From positions 156,302,001-156,366,000 of the forward strand of contig OZ024740.1 in NCBI GenBank assembly GCA_964016885.1: a DNA stretch of 64,000 nt, given 5' to 3'. A program made the translations under genes and the position numbers. A model generated the notes under the pieces. The model did no database searches and was not told the DNA's origin. It saw nothing but the letters and a program-made list of their open reading frames with translations. Source of the stretch: Eledone cirrhosa. Its lineage: Eukaryota. Below, piece after piece: positions 50,843 to 64,000 of this stretch; positions within the stretch are counted from its first letter, which is position 1; every line of letters starts with the position of its first letter.

Positions 50843-52966
50843 CTACATTTTAAATTTAAATTTATATTTAAACGTTGAGTTTAATCTATGTTTGCAACAA
50901 CTGAATAAATTTGTCCGTAGGTTAAGGGAATTTTTAGATTTTAGTATAAAGAATATCTCCTCTGCGCAGAGGTCACATGTCTCAGAGGATGAATTAAAAG
51001 GAATCCCTCTTGAGACTATATTCCAAGCCGTCGAATATCTAACGTTATCTAGCTTAAGTTGCCAGAGTACACCTGATAGTGCCGTTGAAGATTTTTTATT
51101 TGGATCTGTGAAAGAATTCTTGTGGTTATTATAGCGAAGTTTAAATTCCGTCGATGTGGAACCGACGTAGTTAAAAGAATTAGAGTCAGTATTAACATTA
51201 CAATTGTATACTATATTTTTAACTAAGCAGTTGTTATTTAACGGACATTTAGATCTATCTCTACAGTTACATTTGTTAACTTGTATATTATTTATGCTAT
51301 TATCAGTAGGTTTTAAGTTCCTATTATTTATTCTATTAATATTTTGTGCTAAATTTTTGGTGGATGAATAGGTTAATTTAATTGTATGCCTATTGAAGAT
51401 TGAGTGGTACCTATGTGTTCTAGGGAAGCGATTATCAAGAGCTTTGAAAAATAATTTAGCGATGTGGGTTTTAATGTTTAGTGAGAAAGGGGGGGCAAAC
51501 CAAATTATGTTCCTAGTTCTATTTCTTTTTTGTCCTTTGGAATTATTGTAATGCTTTCTATTATAGTTGTTAATGTTGTTGCCATAATTAAAAAAGTTGT
51601 TACTTTGTTTAGTTTGTTTATCATTATCTATGTACACAATCTTATCAGCATACCCTGCCCTAGCTAGTGCATCATTATAGTATTGGGCCTTTTCGTCAAA
51701 AATCTTTCTATTCGACGAGATCCTAGAGATACGCTTTTGGACTGAGTTTACTATAGTGTTTTTGACAGATCTGGGGTGGTTAGAGTTAAAGTTGACATAG
51801 TTTAAGTTTTCATTCAACTTGTGAAAAGGATAGTGGAGACATGTGTTGAGATTTAATGTTATATCTAGGAAATTGACTATTCTATGGTTGTTCTCAATTT
51901 CTATTTTAAGGTTAAAGTAATTAAAAAATTTTGTAATTTGTTTACATTTTCTATTTAGTTCAGGGTTATTATTATTAATGAGTAAAAGCATGTCATCCCT
52001 ATATAAACCTCCGGTAGTACCAGGTATTTTCCTATGTAGCGAATTGATTAAAAATAAGCCCACAAGGTCAGTTACTTGAGCTGAGTCGGAAGATCCCATA
52101 GTTATGTCAAAATTGCTATCTCTATCTGCTCTGGTCCATAATTTGTCATCAAATTCTATCAAAGTTTTCCTAGCCGATAATATAATATGCATTTCTTTGC
52201 TAGTTAGGTCCGTATGTTTGAATGCGTAATTTAGTGCCTTATTTAGTAGACTAGGGGTAATAGAAGAATAATAGTTAGCTATATCAAGTTGAATAAACCT
52301 ATTATTATTGTCATATTTAATTTGCCTAAACCACTCAACAACCTCTCCAGTTCCCTTCCACAAGCTCAGGTTAGATACATAATCCAAGTTCTTAATTTGC
52401 AGTATCACCCTGTCAAGAATGTTTTTGCTTAATTTGCCCAGGTCCGATTTTGAAGGTGCGATTAATCTAACTGGCAGGTCAATCTCAAAATTCCTCTTGT
52501 GGTCCTTCATATTGATCTTCGGTTTCCTGGGCACGAAAGGTTGTGTTCTGTTCTCAATTTCCAACTCATGCATTATACAAGATGCTTCAACATTCATTTT
52601 CACAAGTTCGGTCTTATCTGCTACCTTGTATTTTTTCCTCAGCTCTTTCAGTATGAGGCCATTATACATGTCTTTCTGCACTCCATAGAGGTTGTTGGTC
52701 TTGTCAGATTTCACCAAGATCTTCTCAGTTTTCTCTAAGCTCTCAATGTTATCCTTAATGCCTTTCAGATATTCCTGGCCTTTAAAGTTTCTCTTGAATT
52801 TGACCCCTTGTATGATAGAAATATATTTATCTATAAAATATATATATTTATCTATAAAACTGTTTATATTGTATTTTGTCTGATGAAGGCATAGCATATT
52901 GTTAATATGATATCCCCGAAATATATATAATGAAATAAATATGGTTTTATAAATATAGTTTTCCAT
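50843..52966 (-). CDS. PLE RT-GIY-YIG protein. True homology starts at ~52810, and the first ~52 codons come from the inverted pLTR
   Basis: [50 protein letters not shown]...YVG, CDLCAEE and CKH. No internal stops. Confidence 0.9.
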   Translation of the reverse strand: MENYIYKTIFISLYIFRGYHINNMLCLHQTKYNINSFIDKYIYFIDKYISIIQGVKFKRNFKGQEYLKGIKDNIESLEKTEKILVKSDKTNNLYGVQKDMYNGLILKELRKKYKVADKTELVKMNVEASCIMHELEIENRTQPFVPRKPKINMKDHKRNFEIDLPVRLIAPSKSDLGKLSKNILDRVILQIKNLDYVSNLSLWKGTGEVVEWFRQIKYDNNNRFIQLDIANYYSSITPSLLNKALNYAFKHTDLTSKEMHIILSARKTLIEFDDKLWTRADRDSNFDITMGSSDSAQVTDLVGLFLINSLHRKIPGTTGGLYRDDMLLLINNNNPELNRKCKQITKFFNYFNLKIEIENNHRIVNFLDITLNLNTCLHYPFHKLNENLNYVNFNSNHPRSVKNTIVNSVQKRISRISSNRKIFDEKAQYYNDALARAGYADKIVYIDNDKQTKQSNNFFNYGNNINNYNRKHYNNSKGQKRNRTRNIIWFAPPFSLNIKTHIAKLFFKALDNRFPRTHRYHSIFNRHTIKLTYSSTKNLAQNINRINNRNLKPTDNSINNIQVNKCNCRDRSKCPLNNNCLVKNIVYNCNVNTDSNSFNYVGSTSTEFKLRYNNHKNSFTDPNKKSSTALSGVLWQLKLDNVRYSTAWNIVSRGIPFNSSSETCDLCAEEIFFILKSKNSLNLRTNLFSCCKHRLNSTFKYKFKFKM
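52872..52937 (+). ncRNA. Hammerhead motif family C (inverted 5' pLTR copy)
   Basis: Reverse complement of 49161-49226. Confidence 0.65.
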
Positions 52967-52979
52967 TTATTTAATATTG

Positions 52980-54730
<1,751 letters not shown>

Positions 54731-54749
54731 ATGTGTCTGTTGACACCTG

Positions 54750-55302
54750 GAATATAGCTTAAGAGAAATATGACAATAATGATAGACACCCAAACATTTT
54801 GAACTGGTTTATAGAATTCTTTTGGCATTTGTCACCTTAAGTAGAGCTTTAAAGAATTAGCTTTTAAAGAAGTTCCCTTTTCTTTAAATCCATCAACCAT
54901 AACCGACCCAAAACCATCTTATAGACAACTGAAATATTGGCATTGTTAGCTTAAGAGAAACTTAAAAATAAGGAGTGGCACCCCATTCTGAAGCTGTTTA
55001 TAGAATCCTTTCTGCCTTTGTCACTCTTAATATAAACTATAGCCTTAAAGAATTAGCTTTTAATGAATTCCCTTTTCTTTCAACCAATGACCTCCACCCA
55101 TCCCACTCCCCATCCTCTCCTACCACCTGAAAAGATATAAATACCACAACATTTATTTTTGGAAAGCCAGATTCCTGATGATTTCTTAAAAATGAAACAG
55201 TTCTAGTTCAGTAGAATCTCATCTATATTAAAACTTTTATACTCTGCTATGTATTGAGTACCTTACTTACTGTGGTTACCTCCGATTCAACCCGGAATAA
55301 CT

Positions 55303-55306
<4 letters not shown>
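54750..55306 (+). mobile_element. Longest family-A pLTR-like module, with an internal ~190-bp imperfect tandem repeat and a decayed HHR at 55169-55219
   Basis: 55050-55232 matches the reverse complement of 40794-40972. 54754-54885 resembles 54947-55080. Confidence 0.65.
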
Positions 55307-55360
<54 letters not shown>

Positions 55361-55368
<8 letters not shown>

Positions 55369-57228
55369 TAACAGATTAAAGTTTAAGCAAAGAATCGCTA
55401 CTTTCACCCTTAACGGGATCTTCTGAAACTAACAAAGTCAATCTGTGAACGCAGAAGTGAATATTTCAAAAAATGTTGCAACCGGAGGAAGACAGGAAGA
55501 CGATACTTTGGTTCGTGGAAACGTTCCCTGGCAAAGAACGGGGAAAAAACGAATATAATACGTCATTATTTGGACCTGTGAAAAACAATTACACGCAAAA
55601 ACAAAACCACGTTTATGGTATAAAAGAAGTCGTAGACTAATATTCTATTACGTGGTTCATAGAGACGTTCTCTGGCAATGAACGGAAAAAAACGACTCTA
55701 CGACTCCTAACCTTGCACATAACATCACAGCTTCTAATTTAGCTAAACTACCTAGCCGTAGGAACACGTGCAACCCTGTAGTTAGTACTAACTGTAATTG
55801 TAGGAATCGGGTTGACTGCCCCTATCCGGGAAATGCCTCTCTAGTAACATTGTCTAAAAATGTAAGGTTGAAACACCCACGTCCCGTAGGGCCTACATAG
55901 GGTTAACCGCCAATAGATTCAAGCAGCGTCTTTACATGCATACCCATTCTTTTCGTTACCCTCTAAGAAGGAATATGACGTCACTTTCAGCTTATATCTG
56001 GAGTCTAAAAGACAACCACACCCAATATAAATTACACTGGGAGATCCTAGCTAGGGCTAGATCGTATAACGGAAATAAAAGACCATGTGCGCCGCTGAGG
56101 CCCTGGAAATACTCTACGCCACAGACCACATCTTAAACAAAAGATCTGTGGCAATTTCGGCTTGTAAACATAAATTGCACAAAACTTTCCTGTATTACAG
56201 CCCCACATTATACCCTAACGGATAGTACGATCTATACGCTGATATTTTACGTCTTGATGTGGTAGCTAAGTATATGTTATGTTTATACCATTACTTATTT
56301 GTATAGGTAAGTATATATTACCTGTATGTTTTGTGAAGGTACGTATACTTCCTCGTACGTATATTTGATTGTATATGTTATGGCGTATATTTTATATATT
56401 CTGGTACATATGCTTTTGGTTATGTGTATACGTGAGTTTTGCGTCTATGTGAGTATGCGGGTTCGTACGTATGTAGGGTGTGTGTATATGTGTACTTCGT
56501 GTTTTGGTTGACGTGTGTCTCCGAACATATGTGTATTTACATGTAGGTATGTGCGTGCGCTTGTTATATACGTATTTATTTATTTAAATACGTTTATTTA
56601 ATTATTTGTATACATGCACACACACACACACACACACATATTTATATGTGCGTGTATTTGTATACCTATGGCGAGTGTTTTCGCGTACGGTTGTGTATGT
56701 ACGTATATAGATGCGTGTATGTATTTATTTAATTTCAATTTCCTCTGTATTTTATTTACTTTATTCTTAACTCTGAAGCCGAGAATCATTCGGTTTCCTA
56801 GTTAGAATTTTAGTCTACGACTTCAGTTATACCATTTACGTGGTTTTGCCTTTGCGTGCAATTGTTCTCCACGCTCCACATATGACGTATTATCTTCGTT
56901 TTTTCCGTTCATTGCCAGAGAACGTCCCTATGAACCACCTAATAGAATATTAGTCTACGACTTCTTTTATACCATAAACGTGGTTTTGTTTTTGCGTGTA
57001 ATTGTTTTTCACCGCTCTAAATAATGACGTATTATATTAGTTTTTCTCCCGTTCTTTGCCAGGGAACGTTTCCACGAACCAAAGTATCGTCTTCCTCTCT
57101 TCCCCCGGTTGCAACGTTTTTTGAAATATTCACTTCTGCGTTCACAGATTGACTTTGTTAGTTTCAGAAAATCCCGTTAAGGGTGAAGCAGCGATTCTTT
57201 GCTTAAACTTTAATCTGTTATTTTAATA
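55361..57228 (+). mobile_element. 5'-truncated PLE (GIY-YIG remnant 55695-56215) bracketed by ~330-bp inverted pLTR copies
   Basis: 55361-55694 is the reverse complement of 56897-57228. Translation gives CNCRNRVDCP, AYIGLT, TSLSAYIWSLKD and CKH, related to ORF 24524. Confidence 0.85.
55380..55430 (-). ncRNA. Hammerhead-like motif with U4A core (second copy 57160-57209, plus)
   Basis: AGUUU-CAGAAGA-U CCC GUUAA GGG U-GAA-AGUAG CGAUUCU UUGCU-U-AAACU. Confidence 0.5.
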
Positions 57229-57339
57229 AATATTTGCTCTACGGTTCTTATATATTTGATATATATTTATCCTTATCGAGCCCTCTTTGGATTTTAGTCT
57301 TCAAATTTATTATTATTACTATATATATATATATATATA

Positions 57340-58464
<1,125 letters not shown>

Positions 58465-59289
58465 GTGTGTTTGCGTGTGTGTGTGAGTGTGTGTGTGTGT
58501 GATCTTAATGTATTGTTTGTAATTAACACCAACAAATGAAAATACGTCTTGGTAAACTTTCGTCACACAAAATTATTCATTTCTCGTGTTTTCTTCGATA
58601 ATTCTCTTGCAGTTGTTCAACACCACCCCACTCACTCAATTATAAATATTAGAACTAGCCATATAGATAACTTCATAAAAATAGTTTACATTTGAAGTTT
58701 GATGCATAGAAGATACATAGGCTAGTATTTAAATCAATAGAATATTTTAATCACTGTTTAATCAGGGAGAGGAGAACAGTGAACATGATCCTTTTCAGGC
58801 GCCTTCAAGATTTGTGATTTATGAGAGAGAGCATATCTTCAATCACTTGGCGCAAAAACTTGTAACAGCGTATTCCACTAAAGGCACCAAAGGCCACGTG
58901 GTAGTGTTAAACCCCACAATTGGTTATGCTTTACCTCAAGTAGACTGGTGAAATTTAATTTCCGAATCCAAAGAACCGGAACATATGGTCTGTATAAGTA
59001 TGTACACATGTAGGTTGGTTTGCATATGAACTGACTCGTGCAAAGAAAGTAATAAACCCAGGCTAGATGTGAAAAGCAAGGTCCTATTTCAAAAAGATTA
59101 TTTTGTAATTTAGCAAACAATGCTAAATATATATCCACACATTGTAACACGCACACACACACATACTGTACTCGGCGTTTTGTAGGGCTTTGCTATATCT
59201 GGCGGAGGTCTGAGTACAACCTATTTCTTCGATAGAAGGATAGAGAGTGAAAGGATGGCAGCGAGAAAGAGATATAGTGGACGAATGGA

Positions 59290-59443
59290 CCCCAGTACTT
59301 AACAGGTACATTTTTTATCGACATCAAAAGGATGAAAGGCCAAGTTGATTGGCGGTATTTGAGCTCAGAGTGCAGAGAGCCGAAACGAATACCACAAAGC
59401 ATTTTATCCGACGTCCTAACGACTCTGTCAATTCGTCAACCTT
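59290..59443 (-). mobile_element. SINE, octopus-type family
   Basis: TTTTATCGACATCAAAAGGATGAAAGGC...TTTGAGCTCAGAG. A shorter copy lies at 59930-60035. Confidence 0.7.
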
Positions 59444-61761
59444 ACACCACACAAAATGGGATGGACATATTCGATGATATAGCCCTAGACCTCGAGAGAA
59501 TAACTGAATTGACATAAAGTAATTTAACAATTTAAAAAAAATATCAATAATAAATCTGGTTCGTATGTCATACCTATTTATATGTTTTCCACATATTTCT
59601 AAAAATTCCGTATGATATAACAAGCTATTAAATTAATTTGTGCAATCGCTAACATTCGAGGTGGTTAGACAGTAGTAGTTAGCAACCAAAAGGAATAAAG
59701 CATAATAACATCACAAACGTTTAGTGGCCGTCTTCCATATTAAAGCAGGGATTACCCCTGCAGGTTTCATGACAGGCCTAATGAGATAGAGAGAATGCGA
59801 GAGAAAGAGAGAGAGAGAGAAGAAGGAAAGAGAGTGTTAGAGAGAGAGAGTTGGAGAGAGTGAGAGAGAGTGAGAGAGAGAGAGAGAGTGAGAGAGAGAA
59901 AGAGTAAAAAGGAAGTTGACACTCGTACCAGAAGGATGCAAATAAAAGTATACCTCAAAAGGATTTGAGCTCAGAGTGCAGGGAATCAAAACCAATACTC
60001 CAAGGCGTTTTACTTAATACTAGTGATTCAGCCAATTTATATAATATTAGATTTTTGTTTAAATATAGATCTTTTTTCTTTTGTTATGTCGACTTTGGGC
60101 GGGCCGCGGATGATATAAATGAAATATCGAGACAACAAAAAATAGTTCACTGTCACTACATTATATTGTCAGACATGTTGGGTGTGCTAAGAAGAATTTC
60201 TTTACAATTTCTGTTCATATCAGATTTTCTACACTATGAACATAACCTATCTTAACTATAATAAAGTAAGGTCTGCGGGATTGCGTCCAGAATATGTTTT
60301 TTTACCCCGTTTGTAAAATAAGTTGGATTACTTTGAATAAATAATGAATGAATATTACATAATTTATGAGTTAAATTTCGTGGCTGTTGATTAAATATAT
60401 TTTATAGCTTAATCTTTAAAATTCCCTTCTTTAAAATTATTAAATGTCAACACTTCCAGTTAGCGGCTGTTATATTAAAATATCAATATACACACTACAC
60501 ATGCTAGCAGAAAACCACCCGTATGGTGGTTTTTCTGCTAGTTATGCTAATGGAAACAACTAGTAATGTTTAATAGTCGGTCCATCCACCATATGCTATT
60601 TCTTCTTATGTGTTAAATGTTCCGTGGCTATGTACAAAAAGTAAATGAACTGTATATCTCGATTCAATCATAATTCAAACTTGTGAGGCATAGACAGGTC
60701 TTATTATAGAGGCATAACCTATAGGCATTTATGGAAATGGCTCATAGCTTTTAGTATGTCATAGAATACTATATATCTAAATATCTAAATTTAGCACTAG
60801 GTTAACTCTAATCGAACAGATTTCTAATCGCAGGCGTTTCAACTGTGAAGATCCTGCTTTTATCTTATATATAGATGTATCTAAGACAAGATTGTCTAAT
60901 GTTTCATTAGATAAACGAATACAGTATGGTGGGAATTTAGGGAAATTTGGCTTCTATTTTTAACAAAGTCAAATGACCACACTGAGGATCGTGTAGCATA
61001 ACTGGATTGTGACAGACGGACTTGAAAATGTTGATACTACATGGTGTAATACAACATATAACGAAGGCCATTGGCAGATAGAATACATAGTAGTATTCGT
61101 TCCGGCTTCCTGTGCTTTTTGTTCCAATTCCGGCCGCTGAAGTTAAATACGCCTTTCGACATCGATAAACAAAATAACAAATTAGTGCTGGGGTCAACTC
61201 CTCTTTGTCTGGAAGAAATCGACTGTGGTTAGATCTAGAGAATGATGGACTCCGTTAGGTTTGGATGTACTTTACGTACGTTAAGACAGTGCCCATAAGT
61301 CTACAATAGGAGTTGAAGGAGTAAAGCAATACTAAATATGATATACCTGAAAAGAACACGGGATGCTCATGGTTAGTATGCTGGCCAGACAGTAAGTTCT
61401 TGATATATAGAAACATCTATATCAGCACTTATGAATGGCATAACTGGATGGATCTGTTGACCACATCTCAACGTTCGACCTACAAATCGTGGAACTACTT
61501 AATCACGGATAGGCAACAATAACACAACGAACTAATAAGAGAAACGGTTGTGTCAGGTTGGTTTGGATTGAGGTGGTGATATACAACTAGCTAACTGTCC
61601 TATAGGCCGTTGTACTAGCGTTCGGTAAGCCAGAGAGCAGTGACAGCACGATTGTAGTAGTGAAGTTGTAGTTTGTTGAGAAATGAGTTTTCAACATTCA
61701 ACAATTTCGTTAGGATGTTGATGTGTATCTGTGTCTGTCCACAACAATAATAATAATAATG

Positions 61762-63975
61762 ATTTCATTTATTGGCCACAAGGGCCGACATAGAGAGGAC
61801 AATACAAAAGACTGGGACAGTGGGGTTTTACAGAACAATCGAGTAAACAATATGAATAACAATAACAAAGTAACAAGAAAAATTCCCCAATAGGGGGGAT
61901 GACCACCCAGGGTTCGCCCAGATACCCCACCAATCCTGAACGACACGACGCTTCGAGAGCACCCTGGAAGGGCACCCCTCTCCTCCTCAAATTTACCCAC
62001 CAACAGGCGCATGACCAGAGTAGGCCCACTCACACGGGCCATTCTCTCCACATTCACTCACCTTTCAGCAAATGTACTGGGGGGTGGGGGCAGCCCTTCT
62101 CTCTCCACTCTCACCTGCCTTTCCAAGTGAAACTTGAAAAAGTTGATGAGGGATTGGCCGAAGAGAAAAGTGTCTGTCTTCAGTCCTTTCAACCTCGTCC
62201 ACCATACAACCTCTTTCACTACTGCCACCAGACAGGAAAATTGCCTGCCCTTCCTGACCAAAAGAAGGCGGCGGATCGATCTTCATTATGGACTCGGCCG
62301 ATAGCCGGATTCGTTCCACACGCGACAACAGCTGTTCGACATAACTCCACAAGTCAGTAATGCACGGACACTGGACGAGTGCGCGCAGAACGGTTTCGTC
62401 GCTCTGCGCACATCTCGGGCAGGTCCGTCTGACAGCACTTCCGTGCCTGTAGAGTTTATCTCGAACCGGCAGTGCCCCCCGGTAGCACTGCCAAGCGGCG
62501 GATTTCTGGAAATTATCTATCGTCCCGACTCGAAAGTCCTCCGGAACAGACTGGTTAGTTCGACTTTGTCGACTCCCAGAGCCTCTCCGAGTGCGTCGTC
62601 GCACTTGCCCACCACTAATCCTCTATAGAACTCGAGGATTAGTGAGACTGGGTGAGACTGGCTACCCTGCCCGTCACCTCGTCCCAATTCTTATCCACCT
62701 GGCGGTCTGACCCGTACCAAATCCCGAGAAACTTTACCGGTCCGTCCGTCCAGCGCCTAACGACGCTGTTGGACAGCATGAACTTGCCTCTCCAGGTGCC
62801 GAGTTGCAAGCCCACCGACTTTTCCGGGTTAAGTTTTGCTCCCGTCAACCTTTCATATTCCTCCAATAAGTTGCCGACCACCTCGATTTCTGAGGTGTCC
62901 GACACCATCACGGTGATGTCGTCCGCATAAGCCGACACAGCCTTTCCGCGTCCCGGTTCGAGCGGGATGCCCTGTAACAGCTCCAGCTTTCGCAGTAAAG
63001 GCTCGAGAGTCAATACGTACAGAAGGGAGGAGAGAGGGCACACTTGATGGACCGATCGGGAGACCTAAAACGATTCCGAGAGGTGGCCATTCATGTTGAC
63101 CACCGAGCAGGTGCCGCTGTGCATTGCAGCGATCCAGCTTCTGAAGATAGGGCCGTAGCCAGCCGCCTTGAGGACAGCCTCCAGGTACCGATGGTCGACT
63201 CTATCGAATGCTTTCGATTGATCTAAATTGATCAGAGCCCCACCGAAGCCAGGTTTACACCCTACGCTCTCTATGATGTATCTCACCAGGTGGAGGTTGT
63301 CGCGTATGGACCTGGTTGGGATTGCGCAAGTTTGCGCCTCACCAACTAAATCCCCGACGACAAGCGCCAACCTCTTCACTAAAACCCTGGCCAAAATCTT
63401 AAACTCTGTGTTAAGCAGAGTTATGGGCCTGAAATTGTCTAATGTGTCTCTCTCTTGTTCTCGTCTTTCCTTATCAGTGTCACTACGCACCAGCTCACAG
63501 AACTGGGAATGCTCTCGTTCTGCTGCCAATTGCAGTAGAGGGCTTCGAGGAGATTGGAGAACAAGTCTGGCATATTTACGTAAACTCGTAGGGTAGACCA
63601 TCCAAACCGAGTGACTTGCGCCTCGTGCAGCATACAAGGGCATCCTGAATCTCGGCTGAAGTAATCAGCCTTTCGCAGCGCCCAGCCTCGGCCGTCGAGA
63701 GTTGCGGCAAGCCATCGAGGTAAGGACTGAAGTCCGCCATCGCTTCTGACCCGCCACTTCCTCCGAACAACCTAGCAAAATGTTGGCGAAAGGCCTCACA
63801 CATCCGCTTGGAATCGCTCAGCTCGTGTCCATCTCGGTCCGTCAAAGACCGAATCGTGGTTTTATTACCACGCTGCGTCTTATCTATGCGTCTTATCTAG
63901 GTCGACTATACAGATCTCAAACTTGTGATCTGAATAGGCGACCGTTTTAAAACGTGGACAGCTTACACTATTTCT
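61762..63975 (-). mobile_element. L1/Tx1-like copy E, diverged subfamily, internally deleted, with 3' UTR
   Basis: ORF pieces at 63576, 63065, 62639 and 62065 are colinear with copy C, with deletions near 62640 and 63880. The 3' end GTGGCCAATAAATGAAATC runs into (ATT)n. Confidence 0.9.
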
Positions 63976-64000
63976 GTCTATTTTCCTAATGAATATCCTG

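Noticed and set aside
60900-61740. Higher-complexity non-repetitive stretch as a host exon or LTR-element remnant (also 6100-6450, 7440-7960 and 18690-19140)
   Set aside because: I found no sustained ORF or recognisable motif by eye. blastx or RNA-seq would be needed, and small exons cannot be excluded.

Overview
Repeat-saturated eukaryotic DNA, most likely from an octopus or other cephalopod. That assignment is inferred from a recurring tRNA/CORE-type SINE and very long (TA)n, (TG)n, (GATA)n and (TC)n tracts. I see no credible host gene. The window is a nest of retroelements lodged in microsatellites. (1) Six L1/Tx1-like LINE pieces, three stacked head-to-tail in (GATA)n. (2) At least seven Penelope-like element (PLE) RT/GIY-YIG segments in (TA)n, including a head-to-head inverted dimer and an open 707-codon frame. 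(3) R4/Dong-type RLE LINE remnants, a CR1/L2-like remnant, two hAT (Buster-like) remnants, a non-autonomous Helitron and about a dozen SINEs. The most interesting hidden layer is RNA. Reading both strands by eye, I found about 24 type-I hammerhead-ribozyme (HHR) motifs from about 12 sequence families. About 17 have a canonical CUGANGA...GAAA...UH core. They include recurring non-canonical variants (U.U at the base of helix II, U3-A8 covariation, U4A, helix-II inserts of ~60-120 nt). There is also a 466-nt HHR-to-HHR tandem unit resembling a retrozyme, and several fold-back inversions whose breakpoints fall in or beside an HHR. All folds were assigned by manual base-pairing, and no activity has been tested.
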